Assembly (NCBI RefSeq): GCF_004010195.1
Contig: NC_057718.1
Coordinates: forward strand, 84,671,730 to 84,735,729
From: Chiloscyllium plagiosum
Taxonomy: Eukaryota
Direction of reading: 5' to 3'
Length of the DNA: 64,000 nt
How positions within the stretch are numbered: the stretch's first letter is position 1; the number at the start of each line of letters is the position of its first letter. The notes beneath the pieces were generated by a model. The model searched no databases, was not told the DNA's origin, and saw only the letters and a list, made by a program, of their open reading frames with translations. A program made the translations under genes and the position numbers. Of the stretch, positions 38,809 to 51,845 are shown piece after piece.

Positions 38809-39199
38809 GTGTTTTAGAAATCAGCAAAGGGTTACCAACAGAATTAATAAAAAGGGTAAAGTTAGAAAGAAAGAATAAACTACCCAGAAATATAAAAAAA
38901 GACTGTAAAAGCTTACACAAGTATAAGAAAAGGATGAGCTTCTAAATTAAACATTAGTTCCTAAGCAAAGATGAGTGAAGAAAAGGCAGAGGCACGGAGC
39001 AAATAATTGTGGATATCTCTGCAGCAGGAGATACAGGTTTCAATCCAGAAATAGACAATAGCTTATGGGCTAAAGAAAAGTGAGGAAATTTATGAAAAAC
39101 AGAGATACACAAGAGAAGCTGCATTAGGACTCTATTCAAAAAGGCTACAAAATTCTGCAGCACTCCTGACCTATGAAGGGAAGAAGAAGAAGAAGAACA

Positions 39200-39905
39200 C
39201 CTCTACAGAGTATTGCCAATAACGGGTATCCCACAATTACATCTGCAGATACCTAACAGACAATGTGATGAGGACATGCCATGACCTAACTCACTAGCCA
39301 TGACACCTTACATAAAAAAAGTCTTGAAACTGACAGCCAGACCTCTCTGACCACTCAGATCCATGACAGCCCATAAACCAACAGCCACGCTCAGACAACA
39401 ACTCACAGGACTAGAGACCCCTTGCCCATCATGTGCAAAACTAACGTAATTTAAAGGATTCCATGCAGAGATGGCACGAATTGCTGTATAGGACAAATAG
39501 GTAGACAACTACCAATCTGCATCCACAAACACTAACTACCCACTAAACACCACAACCAGCTGTCCGTGGTAGCCATACACACAGATGACAAGGACCACAA
39601 ATTCAACTGGGAGAACACAAATGATCATAGGACAAGCAAACAGAGGACAGCCAGAGAATTTCTAGATGCATGGCACTCAGCCACGGACTCCATCAGCAAG
39701 CACATTGACCGAGACCCAATATACTGGCCACGACAACGAATAACTGGAACCAGCAACCAGAAGCAGCAGAAACTGAACCAAATAATCTCCAGAAGAGACA
39801 GTACTGCAATGCTTCACAGGAGGGTCCAAAGTATTGAAGGTGTCACTGAAGACGAAACGCCTGTAAATCAACTTTCCAACTCGGCGAACATACACACAAC
39901 CACAA
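39200..39905 (+). mobile_element. Penelope-like element 3' part (second family), decayed GIY-YIG endonuclease
   Basis: Broken frames read TAHKPTATLRQQLT...KTNVI*RIPCRDGTNCCIGQIGRQL...DHKFNWEN...AREFLDAWHS; degenerate hammerhead-like motif near 39833-39862. Confidence 0.75.
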
Positions 39906-40815
39906 TAACAGACAGGAAAGAGAGTGTGGACATAAATGAGATACTCTCATTCCAGCAAGCAGTGATTGTGAAGCATCACAAGGGGCAGAGCTGAGATCTC
40001 AGCTTGTATAATCTACATTAATGACTTAAACGAAGGGGCAGAGAGTAATATATCTACCGTCTAAGTGTAAGTTAAGGGGAGAAAACAATGACTGCAAAGA
40101 GATATAGACACGTTACATAAGTAGCAACCAAATTACAATGAAGGAAAGCGTGAATCTATTTACTTTATTTCTAAGAATAGAAATACAGACTTTTACAAAG
40201 AAGCACAAAACCTATAAATGTTGATGTTTAAAGAGAATTGGATATGCTCATGTAAAGTACATAGGAAGTTAGCATGTTCATAAGCAATTATGATGGTAAA
40301 TAGTATGTTGGTATTTATGCTTAGGGGACTAGAGTACAGAGTTATACAAGGTTTTGGTGAAACTACATCTAAAGTGCCATGTATAGTTTTGGTCTTGACA
40401 TTTGCAAAAAGATATCTTTGGATTGGAGGTGGTATAGACAAGGTTCACCAGTTTAGTCCACATGATGCAGGGAATGCTCTCTGATGAGAAGCTATAAAAA
40501 ACTATAATCTCAAAAATTTAAAAGAATGAGGGATGATCTCATTAATACAAGCAAAAACCTGAAGGGGCTTGATTGGGCAGATGTTGAGATGATTTCTGTT
40601 GGTCAGGGAATATAAAACATGGGGAACCTCTCAGAATAAGGGACTGATCATTTAAGACTGAAACAAGGAGAATTTTCTTCACTCAAAGAGTCGTGAATAT
40701 TTGGTGTTCTCAGCCCCGGGAGATTGCATTGTTTCCATCACAGAATACAGTTTAAGGCTGGTCTAGATGGATTTTTGGTGTCAAAGGGAATCAAGGAATA
40801 TAGACATGAGTATAG

Positions 40816-41326
40816 AACTAAATAAAAACAAGGGCTGCAGATGCTGGAAACCAGATTCTAGATTAGAGTGGCGCTGGAAAAGCACAGCAGTTCAGGCAGC
40901 ATCTGAGGAGCAGGAAAATCGACATTTCAAACAAAAGCCTTCATCAGGAATACAGGCAGAGTGCCTGCAGGGTGGAGAGATAAATGAGAGGAGGGAGATA
41001 GGCAAGTAGGACAAGTCATGGGAACAATGCTGAGCTGGAGGTTTGGAGCTGGGGGAGATGAGGGAAGGGGAAATGAGGTCAGGACATGGTTGAAGAGCTT
41101 CAGGGCAGAGGCAATGACCTGGGAGTTGCAGTGGGATAGGGACTCCCTGAGATTCTTGTAGAGAGAGGAGGAAAACTTCTTCAAGGCAGGCATCCTTGCA
41201 AGAAGGTTTGCAGTAGGGTTAAAGTCAACTAAGTAAAAACAAAGGCTGCAGATGCTGGAAACCAGATTCTAGATTAGAGTGGTGCTGGAAAAGCACAGCA
41301 GTTCAGGCAGCACCCGAGGAGCAGAA
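40816..41326 (-). mobile_element. Internally deleted non-autonomous Penelope-like element with 98-nt direct terminal repeats
   Basis: 40816-40913 and 41227-41324 differ at about 5 positions; internal degenerate hammerhead core near 40920-40948. Confidence 0.8.
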
Positions 41327-41374
41327 AGTGGAGTTGAAGCCAAAAAGCAGCAATGATATTGAGCTCTTCTCTCA

Positions 41375-42090
41375 TTCATTTTTGGAATATGGGCATTGCT
41401 GGCTGGCCAGCATTTATTGCCCATCCCTAGTTGCCCTAGAAAAGGTGGTGGTGAGTTGCCTTCTTGAACTGTACTCCACCTGCTGTGGGTTGACCCACAA
41501 TGCCATTAGGGAGGGAATTCCAGAATCTTGCTCCATTGACAGTGAAGAAATGGCAACACATTTCCAAGTCAGGAATGACAGTGGCTTGGAGGGGAACTTG
41601 AGGTGATGGCGTTCCCATGTACTTAGAGTCATAGAGATGTACTTGCTGCCCTTGTCCTCTTACATCAAAGTGGTCAAAAGGTTCTTTTATGATTTCTGCA
41701 GTGCATCTTGTTCATAGTACACACTGCTGCTACTGATCAGTGGAGGAGGGAATTCACGTTTGTAGATGTGATGTCAATCAAGCAGACTGCTTTGACCTGG
41801 ATGGTGTCAAGCTGCACCTATCTGGCACGAGGAGTATCGCATCTCACTCCTGACTTATACCTCGTAAATGATGGGACAGGGTTTAGGGAGACAGGTGGTG
41901 AGTTACTTGCCACTGTCTTCCTACACTCCAACCTGCTCTTGTAGCCAGTGTGTTTTATGTGGAGAGTTCAGTTGAATTTCTAGTCAATGGTAACTCCAGC
42001 GATGTTGATAGTGGGGGATTCAGTGACAGTAGTACCAAAGAATGTCAAAAGGGGTGATGGTTAGACTTTCTCTTCTTGGAGTTGGTCACT
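41375..42090 (-). mobile_element. CR1/L2-group LINE 3' fragment (different family)
   Basis: FFTVNGARFWNSLPNGIVG...FKKATHHHL C-terminal motif; related tail at ~48075-48220. Confidence 0.65.
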
Positions 42091-42094
42091 GTTA

Positions 42095-42678
42095 GGTCTG
42101 AAGGTTGATAAGTCTCCGGGGCCTGATGGTCTGCATCCCAGGGTACTGAAGGAGGTGGCTCGGGAAATCGTGGATGCGTTGGTGATTATTTTCCAGAGTT
42201 CAATAGATTCGGAGTCGGTTCCTGAGGATTGGAGGGTGGCTAATGTTATACCACTTTTTAAGAAAGGTGGGCGAGAGAAAGCAGGAAATTATAGACCAGT
42301 TAGTCTGACCTCAGTGGTGGGAAAGATGCTGGAGTCTATTATAAAGGATGATGCACATCTGGATAGTAGTAACAGGATAGAACAGAGTCAGCATGGATTT
42401 ATGAAGGGGAAATAATGCTTGACTAATCTTCTTGAATTTTTTGAGGATGTAACCATGAAGTTGGACGAGGGAAATCCAGTAGATGTAGTGTACCTGGACG
42501 TTCAAAAAGCTTTTGATAAAGTCCCACACAGGAGGTTAGTGAGTAAAATTAGGGCGCATGGTATTGGGGGCAAAGTACTAGATCGGATTGAAAATTGGTT
42601 GGCTAATAGGAAACAAAAGGTAGTGATAAACGGCTCCATTTCGGAATGGCAGGCAGGGACCAGTGGGGTACCGCAGGG
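42095..42678 (+). mobile_element. Relatively young CR1 RT fragment
   Basis: DKSPGPDGLHPRVLKE...VPEDWRVANVIPLFKKGG...KAFDKVPH...SGVPQG. Confidence 0.9.
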
Positions 42679-43199
42679 AAATATTGCATGCGAGTTAATT
42701 GAAGTATTAATTATTTCCCTTGCATTATAAAACTGAATGCTGCAAAAGACAATACATACAAAATAATAAAGTGTTTCCTAATTCAATATCCTTCAAAGGT
42801 TGTTGATAAGAATGCTCCACCAATTTATGATGCAGTAATAAAGGAGTTTAGTATCATGTACTGAACAAGTTAAGAAACTACAATCATTGAATGTCATTGC
42901 AAACTGAATAGATGTTATCTTCAAGGACACAATACCTTTGGCTTAAATATAGATGACCTTTCACAATGGAAGGTATAATTGCTTTTGTACCTGTTCAGAT
43001 CACTATTTTGCTCTCAATCCACAATAACACACTCAAACCTTCTACTTGTTCTTTGCATTTGTCAGATCAGCACCCTGGGCTTTTTAGACAAACCACACCA
43101 CTCACTAAAATTGCTCTTTCATTAGCTGACAGGAAGCATGGATCAAATGAATGGAAATGGACAATGCATAATACTTGTACTAGCAGCTTAAAATACGGG

Positions 43200-43470
43200 G
43201 TAGACCATTTAGGACAGAGCTCAGGAGAAACTTCTTCACCCAGAGAGTGGTGGCTGTGTGGAATGCTCTGCCCCAGAGGGCAGTGGAGGCCCACTCTCTG
43301 GATTCATTTAAGAAAGAGTTGGATAGAGCTCTCAAAGATAGTGGAATCAAGGGTTATGGAGATAAGGCAGGAACAGGATACTGATTAGGAATGATCAGCC
43401 ATGATTATATTGAATAGCGGTGCAGGCTCGAAGGGCTGAATGGCCTACTCCTGCACCTATTGTCTATTGT
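43200..43470 (+). mobile_element. CR1 3' end fragment
   Basis: FFTQRVVAVWNALPQRAVEA and 3' UTR hairpin/tail. Confidence 0.85.
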
Positions 43471-43899
43471 CTTGTCATTTGTGTGGCACAATTATTATTC
43501 AAAATGCCAAGCAGTGGCAGAGAAGGCTCGTTGGGTCATATTCTTTACTACAACTGCTTGAGTTCTTGTGAAAGCTTAGAGGGAACTTTACTTGGCACCC
43601 AGCCAAACTCCTCAGAAAACAAAACATAAAGACTACTAGTTACTTGGTATTTTCAACTATCAAACTTTTCCAGTATGCTTTGAGTGAAGGGGATCCTGAT
43701 CATGCTCCCTAATAACGTCGTTCTAATATGAAGACATGCCTGCTGTTTGGACTTGCTGCATCAGAGAAAGTATTTTATCTTCTTTGACCAAACTGAAACC
43801 CTTTATACTTTTATGCATTGGTTAGATCTTGGCTTCTATACTCAAAGAGATTACAAGCCAAGCTATTCCAACTGATGCTAGAATTTAAGGATCAGGTAC

Positions 43900-43980
43900 C
43901 TTTGTTCAGCATCTCATCTGCTTCATCAAGAACCAACATTTTGATGGCACGTGTCCTCAAACTTCGCCTTCGGATCATAT
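43900..43980 (-). CDS. EIF4A3: eIF4A-III exon 6 ([26 protein letters not shown])
   Basis: AG/GT boundaries, 81 nt, DEAD box. Confidence 0.97.
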
Positions 43981-44359
43981 CTGTAAAAACACAAACCATG
44001 GTCAGGATCACTTTCCACGGACTGGCAAATCATGGATGAAGACACAACAATCAAAAGTTTTGCATATATGCTCTGGATAAAATTATAGGAAATTAAAACA
44101 AAGAACTGGATACTGGAAATATGAAATAAACAGAAACAAAAATTGCTGGAGAAACTCAGGTCTGGCAGCACCTCTGAAGAGAAAACAGCTAACGTGGAGT
44201 CCAGAAATGCTCCATTACAAGACACACAACAATCCATCATGTTACTCAGATTTTGGCAGATATTTGCTCACTGAAAATATGGGGGCAGTTGAGAACAATA
44301 TTTATTGACCTATAATTAGCAAGATCAACTGTTTGGAGAGGACTTACATCCGTTGTAGA

Positions 44360-44895
44360 ATGGTACAGCATGAAGACCCTTTGGTCAAACCAGTCTATGC
44401 CGAACAGAATTCCAAACTAAACTATTCCCACCTGCCTGCTCCTGGCCCATATCCCTCCAAATGTCTTTTAAACTACTTCCTCAGGAAGTTCATTCCACAT
44501 GCGAACCACTGTAAAAAACATTTGCCCTTAGTGCCTTTTTAAAATCTCTCTCCTCTTCCCTTAAAAATGTGCTCCCTCTTCTTGAAATCCCCCATCTTAG
44601 AGGGAAGACAGCTACCATTAACTTTATCCATACACTTCAGTATTTTATAAACTTCTATAAAGCTCACCTCGCAACCATCTATGCTCCAGTGAAAAAGGTC
44701 CCAGCCTTTCTTTATAACTCAAACCTTCCATACCTGACAACATTCTGATAAATCTCTTCTGAATCTTCTCCAGCTTAATATCCTTCCTATAATTAAGCGA
44801 CCAGAATTGGACACAGTCTGCCAGAAGAAGCCTCACCAATGTCCTGTATAATCTCAACGTGACATCCCAATCCTATACTCAAAGGATTGAGCACT
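44360..44895 (-). mobile_element. CR1 3' fragment
   Basis: LYRTLVR...VQFWS...LEKIQKRFIRML. Confidence 0.8.
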
Positions 44896-45411
44896 GTTTC
44901 CTTTTCCTGGGAATCGTTGAAATAAATGGGTGATAATAAGAAACCACAAACCTCAACATGTAAATTTGAAGTTTAAATGGGGAGCTAATACTGCTGACAA
45001 AATGCTTTCATGTAATGACCATACTGATGGATCTACACATGCAATATGACATGTTCGATAAATATGAAATCATTAAATTCTATTAGTCACATGTAGGTAA
45101 TGTGCTACATTTGACTTATGGTACTGTTAGCCATAGCTTAGCGATGTTCTTTACACATAACGAAGTTGTTGAAGCTTCATTCCAGAAATTCAAGACCAAA
45201 TCTTTAGACTGACATTAAACTTCCATATATACTAAAATACCCACTTCTGAAGATGTGATCTTTGGATGAGATATTAAACTCTCTAGTGGATACCAAAAAA
45301 AAAGGCTTATGGTTGTTTATTCAGTGATCTGCAGATCTGTAAGATCTGAATAAGATCAGGACTGTTTATTTGGTGTCCTGGTTAATATTTTGCTGGTCTG
45401 TGCCCATTAAT

Positions 45412-45610
45412 TAGGAGAATGTGAGGACTGCATATGTTGGAGAGTGTGATACTGGAAAAGCACAGATCAGGCAGCATCCGAGGAGCAAGTGAATCAACTT
45501 TTCGGGCATAAGCCCTTCATCAGGAATTATGTCCGAAATGTTGATTCTCCTACTCCTCGGATGCTACCTGACCTGTTGAGTTTTTCCAGTACCACACTCT
45601 CAACTCTGCT
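45412..45610. mobile_element. Fold-back Penelope-derived mini-element
   Basis: Inverted arms around cccttcatcaggaatt; duplication cccattaat at 45403-45411 and 45611-45619. Confidence 0.75.
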
Positions 45611-45868
45611 CCCATTAATATCTGAAAAGACTCAGTAATTCAGCATAAGTTTGACAGACTAAATGACCCAATTCTATATCACAAAATTCCATTTTTACTT
45701 ATAGAATGAACATAAGTGACAAAACTAATTAGCTCTTTTACTCTATGGTTTATAAAATTTTCAAATTATATTACCTGTTTATGAACATTTTATTAGACCA
45801 TCTTGATCAAGAGAATTGAACATTTAGCAATGATTTTTTTTAAAATGAAGGGCAAAACAAGTTCTCAC

Positions 45869-46001
45869 CAAATACACGCCCTGGAGTACCAGCAACTACA
45901 TGCTGTCCATAGTCCAACTTCCGAATGTCTTCTCCAACATTGGTACCTCCAATACAAGCATGGCATTGTACATTCATATAGTCACCAAGAGCAAGGAGGA
46001 C
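45869..46001 (-). CDS. EIF4A3: eIF4A-III exon 5 ([19 protein letters not shown]...TPGRVF)
   Basis: AG/GT boundaries, 133 nt, GG and TPGR motifs. Confidence 0.97.
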
Positions 46002-47448
46002 CTGATGTATAGACACAAGATACTGACAACATTAAAATGGCACCAAACATTGCACTCAATTCTAAAGCTAGGAACTTAGCATATGGAGATTCAGTGGGAC
46101 TAGCAGATGCTACAGACATGTTCCCCATCTGTATCTACTGAATATTTTTAGATTCCTCTTTCAAACTTTCTGTAGAGTCTGCTATGATAAAACTTGCAAT
46201 ATGGTGGATGAGAAGCAAAAGATCTTATGACTCTATTGAAAAGACATGCTCAACAGTTTTTCCGATATCCCACCCTCCATTCATTCTTCCAGAAAAGAAA
46301 CTGGGTCAATTATCTCTCTGTAGCCTATGGGACTTTACTATGCATGAAATGGCCACCACACTTCCTTAAAATAGTAACTACATTTAAAGAAGAGAGAGTT
46401 AATTAATTGGCCATGGAGCATTTTGTGATATCTTTAGATTCTGAAATTTATTATAATGACATAAATTTTTATTATATTCAAAGTCAAAATGTTGCAAAAG
46501 ACCAGAATACTTTGATTTCACACTGAAATACATTGTACAATAACACCAATATATAAATGTTAAAAAGACTATTTATTTAGACTATTGCTTCCACCTACAT
46601 AATGTACAGTTAAACATCAGAGGTAGGATTACTGTAAACAGACATCCTACATTTTCACTTGCATTTCACTTTTTCATCCCAACACTACTGGGATGTAGGA
46701 TTCAATTTATGCATGGTGTAATAGCAAATCCCATCAGTTCTCACCAAACATTCAAATGGGATTACCACAGTTAAGTAAATACTTTTGACCAGTGCAGACT
46801 TGATGGACTAAAGGGCCTTTTAATGTGCTGTAGAACTCTACCATTTATGTGAGCACTTCCCAGAAAGGGCCACTGGTTTGCAATCAGAAGTTACTCTTGC
46901 AGCACTCAGGAGGACCAACATCAATTTTAATATCCCATTTCTGCCCAAGCGGAGTTCAGCAAACTCAGCATGTCTGTGATCTACCAAGTTACACAATGCA
47001 TTCTTCAATGCACCACGAGAGAAAGTGTAACTTAGTCGAACAAAAAAGAAAATCAACAGTACAATCAGGAATGTACCCTTGAATTAATATCACACAACAA
47101 CTGTAGCCTTGTATTTATCTCAGAAAAGATATATTGTGACATAACTATAGTAAAGGCCAGAAACATTGATTTGCACAACAGAAGAAGGTTAAATTCCATT
47201 TTTATTGTGTGGCATTCTGGAATCATATCTTCCAATTCAAGTTACAGTTAGGGCCACTGGTTCATTGCTACTTAATAAATCAACCTAACCTTTATTACAG
47301 GTCAATCCCGTATACTTACAAAGGTTTTGGAGACAGAGGACCTTTTTTATGAACTCAAATTGAAAATGATTCTTCAGCAGGTTGTGAACTAGCATTTGTC
47401 ACTCAGTTCTAATGATAAAGACAGACTTGTAACATGTATAATTCTTAC

Positions 47449-47511
47449 CTTCTGTATCTGCCCTGCAAGTTCCCGAGTTGGTGCCAATATTAAAGCTTGG
47501 GTCTCACGAAC
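47449..47511 (-). CDS. EIF4A3: eIF4A-III exon 4 ([21 protein letters not shown])
   Basis: AG/GT boundaries, 63 nt, PTRELA motif. Confidence 0.97.
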
Positions 47512-47725
47512 CTAAATTTTAAAAATCCATTAAAAACAAGATTATGACATTCTATTGTGAATTGCTAGCTGAACATTGCGTGGCTTCAGAACTGATTAAA
47601 ACAACTTTACATAACGTTCTCTTCAGTACTGAAAACAATGGTATAAGCAAAGAAATAAAGCAGAAAGTTTTGAATATAAATCAATTTCTGAGGAAATAAC
47701 CAGATTATCTGTTAGTAAATTCTAC

Positions 47726-47792
47726 CTGAATGTCCAAGCACTGTAATACCGACACACAGAATGTTGCAGTCTTCCCTGTACCAGACTGGGAT
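47726..47792 (-). CDS. EIF4A3: eIF4A-III exon 3 ([22 protein letters not shown])
   Basis: AG/GT boundaries, 67 nt, Walker A. Confidence 0.97.
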
Positions 47793-49193
47793 CTAGAGTA
47801 AAAAAGTAAATTGTAAATCACAATGAAACCGTTTACAAACATTATGCTTGTCTCCATCCATTAAGATCAAGACAACCACCTGGAAATGTGGACCATTGGA
47901 AGCCTCCTCTCAACAGAGGCAGACAAAGACTAATGATATTCATCACCACCTCCAATGTGCCAATTCAGCCTTCAACTAATAGAGGGGAAAAAAAAATTAG
48001 GACCAGGAATTCTGACTTGAGATTAGGTTAATAGTCTACCAACAGCAGTGATCCCCGTGCTTTTGTAATGGTTTGGACATTTCGACAAACTACAGCATGC
48101 AGTGGGTCAAAATCCTGGAACTCCCTCCCTAATGGCATTGTGGGTTTACTATAGCACAGGACTGCAGAAGTGCAAGGCAGCAGCTCACCACCACTTTCTC
48201 AAGGACAAGGGCAATAAATCAGGGTGAGAGTAGCAGCCTGTTGTGGGAGTACGACGGTCGTAGCCTGGTGCAGGAGCTGGGATAGTGTCCCAGCATGGTG
48301 CACACCAGTAGTCTGCTGCAGACAGCCTTTGGAGAGACTGTGATGTTTGTCTTTTTAACTTTGCTTCTTGTTTCTTTCTGACCCATGGTCATACTGTATA
48401 TAGCGGAAATGTAACTTTTTCTTCATTTCTCTATTCTGTATCTAAGGATTGTGCCTTGGTACCTTTGTATCTAAGATGGTGCTGTAAGTGGCAACTTATA
48501 AACTTTTCACTGTATCCATTTGAGTATGTGACAATAGAACTAATTCAAGTACTGGCTAGTTAGGGATGCCCATGTCCCACAAATGAATTTAAAAAAGGGC
48601 AAAATGTTGGAGAAGTATCACTAGCATTATCTTCAAGATGCTCAGACTCTGGTGTTAAGACAGACAATCCAATAGCAGAATCCATTAACAAGCCAACTAA
48701 GCTCAGTATAGAAACAGTGATCACTCAAAAACAACACTGCTGTTCAGGATACATGGTTCACTTGTTTAACATCAGACTTTCAAAACTACTGTTCTTCTCA
48801 GAACCTGGCCACACTCAGATTCCCAGGAAACCTTTCAGCGACATTCAAGAAGAGGTAAAACATCCATGCCAACTCATGGGAGCCATTGGCTCATGACTGA
48901 CCAAAGTGAAGAAGGTTCATTCAGGGAGGCACCAAATACCTCAAAAGATTTCATCAAGAACATGCTGAGGTAAAATTGAGACATTGAATTGAGCACCAAC
49001 ACCCCATAATCCAAATCTTCAAGTACCACCTGCTCATATATGACAGTGTATACAGAACACACTTTGCATTTCTCAGCCACTTAAGAACCCAGTGAACCAG
49101 AGCAGAAGCAAGCAATTCTTGATCATGAAAGACTGCCCCCTAAGATGACAATTTAAAACATGCAATGCTAGACCTTACAAATGTTAAACTTAC

Positions 49194-49266
49194 TGAGCAA
49201 TGACGTCTCTCCCCTTGATTATTTGCTTGATGGCCCTTTGCTGAATTGCTGATGGTTTTTCAAAGC
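49194..49266 (-). CDS. EIF4A3: eIF4A-III exon 2 ([23 protein letters not shown])
   Basis: AG/GT boundaries, 73 nt, Q motif. Confidence 0.97.
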
Positions 49267-50319
49267 CTACAAGAAGTAAAATATGTATCAGTTCCATGTA
49301 TCAGTTCTAAATTTAAATTTTGTAATAAGTTAGACTGTGGGATAAAGCTAGAGTAAAGGGTCACATCTGTAGCTCCTCATTTTGCACCCTGGTATAATTG
49401 CTATTAAATAGTACCAGTATAGTACATTACTGGTATCTTGAACACCAAATCAAATAGTATTTTGAACACCAAAATGGTCCCCACGCATGCAGAGGCATAG
49501 CCCAATACAGGCTAATTGTACACGCTAATGCAGCCAATATTTGACAACCATCACCATGTATTGGCCAGATAACATTTTATGATCATTTATGGCCACTGAA
49601 AGACTTTTTCCTTTTTTAAAAGCACATGCAAAAATTAAGAATCAGCATACAAATAGAAATTGTTTGAATAAATGCTAAAGTTCACACACCAAAAGTTGAA
49701 AACTTAATTCCAGGGCACATCTGATTTTCAAATCAGAATCAGGTGTTGCATTCACAGTCGACAACAGTACTGTAGATTGTAACTAATGACAAGCAGTTTG
49801 AGGAATACAATTGCTACACAAATCACAAAACAACATTTATTAAGACAGTAATTTTTATCATTCCTCTTCCTTCAGTGTTACCCATTTGCAACAAGTAACA
49901 GGAATTTACAAGGTTTCTCGAGCAGTATCTCCTAAAACTATTCTCCTCTACACCTAGAAAAGTACTTTCAGATGCAGTTTTCCTCTAAATCCCACATGAT
50001 CCTGCCTTGAAGCATTTGTTGCCATTCATTCATCACAAGTTCAAATTCCTAAAACACTAACAATAGTATCTTCACACTGCATAGTCTAAAGCAACTGCGC
50101 ATGCTATCAACCTATGCCACATTTTCAATCTGCTCTGCAACCAGATCCCCAATGATCAACAAGGTCAGCAAATTTCTGTCTATTTGTTACCATATCTCAA
50201 TTTTTCAATTGTTGTTCAACTATTAGCCTGTTATTTGTTCCTGAATGCCAAAAAAAAAAGAAATTTTAGAAAGGGGTAGTCCACAAAAAAAGCACTGCGC
50301 TATTTCAACTGTAAGTGAA

Positions 50320-51845
50320 GGCCACAAAACAAAAGGAGCAAATTAGACCATTTGGCCAAACAAAACTGCTCTGCCATTTGATCTTGGCTGAAACATTTCT
50401 CAACCTCATTCTCCCGCCTTCTCCCTGTAATATTTGATTTCCTTAGTAATCAAGAACCTACACATATCACTGCCTTAAAGACACTCAATGACTAGGCCTC
50501 CACTGTCTTCTGCAGCAATGAGTTTCACAGATTCTCCATCCTCTGCCTGAAGGAGTTCTTCCTCATCTCAGTTCTAAAGAGTCGTCCTTGACTACACTAA
50601 TCATCAATTGCCGTCCTGAAAAAGAATGGTTCACCCCAACTCTGCCTTCTGTCAGTTAGCCAATCCTCTATCCATAACGCCATGGGCTCTTGTGTTATTT
50701 AGCAGCCTCCTGTGTGACAGCTTGCCAAAGACCGTCTGGAAATCCAAATAGATCAGTTCCACTGGATTTCCTTTGTCCAAAGTACCCATTACTTTTTCAA
50801 AGAATTCTAACAGATTTGTCAGGAATGACCTCCCCTTGTCAAAGCCAGGCTGAGTCAGCCCCGTTTTACTATATATTTCTGAGTACTGTGCAGTCTCATC
50901 CTTAATAACAGACTCCAAAATTTTACCAATGACCAAGGTCAGGCAAACCAGCCTACAATTTCCCGTCTTTTGCCTCTCTCCATTCTTCAATAGGGATGTC
51001 ACAATAGGCATTTTCCAGTCGTCCGGGACCAACCCTGACTCCAGTAATTCCTGAAAGATCAACACCAATACTTCCATTATTTCCTCAGCTATCTCGTTCA
51101 GAACTTTGGGGTGTAGTTCATCTGGTCAGGTTGATTTATCCACCTTTCAGCTTCCCCAGCACCTTCACCATAGTGATGGCCACTCACCTCTGCCCCTAAT
51201 TCTCTTAAGTTCTGGTATGCTACTGGTGTTTACCACCATGAAGACTGATTCAAAATACCTATTCAGTTCCTCCCCCATTTCTTTGTTTCCATTACTACTT
51301 CTCCAGCCTCATTTTCCAGCAGTTTAATGTCAATTCTTGCTTCTCTCTTCTTACCTTTGTACATCTAAAAACTCTTTCAATCTAGCTGGTTTACCCTCAT
51401 TTTAATTTTCTTCCACAGCTTATTGCTTTTTTGAGTTGTCTTAGAAGATTCCTAATCCTCTGGCTTCCTACTAATCTTCACCACACTACTTGCGTTTTCA
51501 TTTGCTTTTATGCTGTCCCTGACTTCCCTTACCAGCCATGGTTGCTTCAGCCTTCCCTTTAATGTGCTTCTTCTTCCTTGGGATAGATTTCTGTTGCGCC
51601 TCCTGAGTTAGCCCCAGAAACTCCTGTCATTGCTAGTCCATTGCCCTCCCTGATAGTTCCCCTTCCAATCAACTCTGGCCAGCTCTTCTTTGTACTTACC
51701 TTTACTCAATCGAAAGTCTGTTATAACGGATTTCAGCTTCTCCCTTACAAACTGTGGGGTGAATTCTATCATTGTATGGTCACTGTACCCTTACGGTTTC
51801 TTCACCTTAAGCTCCCTAACCAAGTCTACCTCATTACACACCACC
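50320..51845 (-). mobile_element. CR1 LINE, internally deleted
   Basis: LVPDDWKMPIVTSLLK...SFLTNLLEFF...IYLDFQ. Confidence 0.8.

Larger units (their letters stand above)
36870..40810 (+). mobile_element. Very old CR1 LINE with nested SINE and Penelope insertions
   Basis: Esterase remnants (~37170-37600), IIVGDFHLHIDW...EPTRNKTTSDLV endonuclease remnant, 3' motifs near 40000-40800. Confidence 0.65.
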
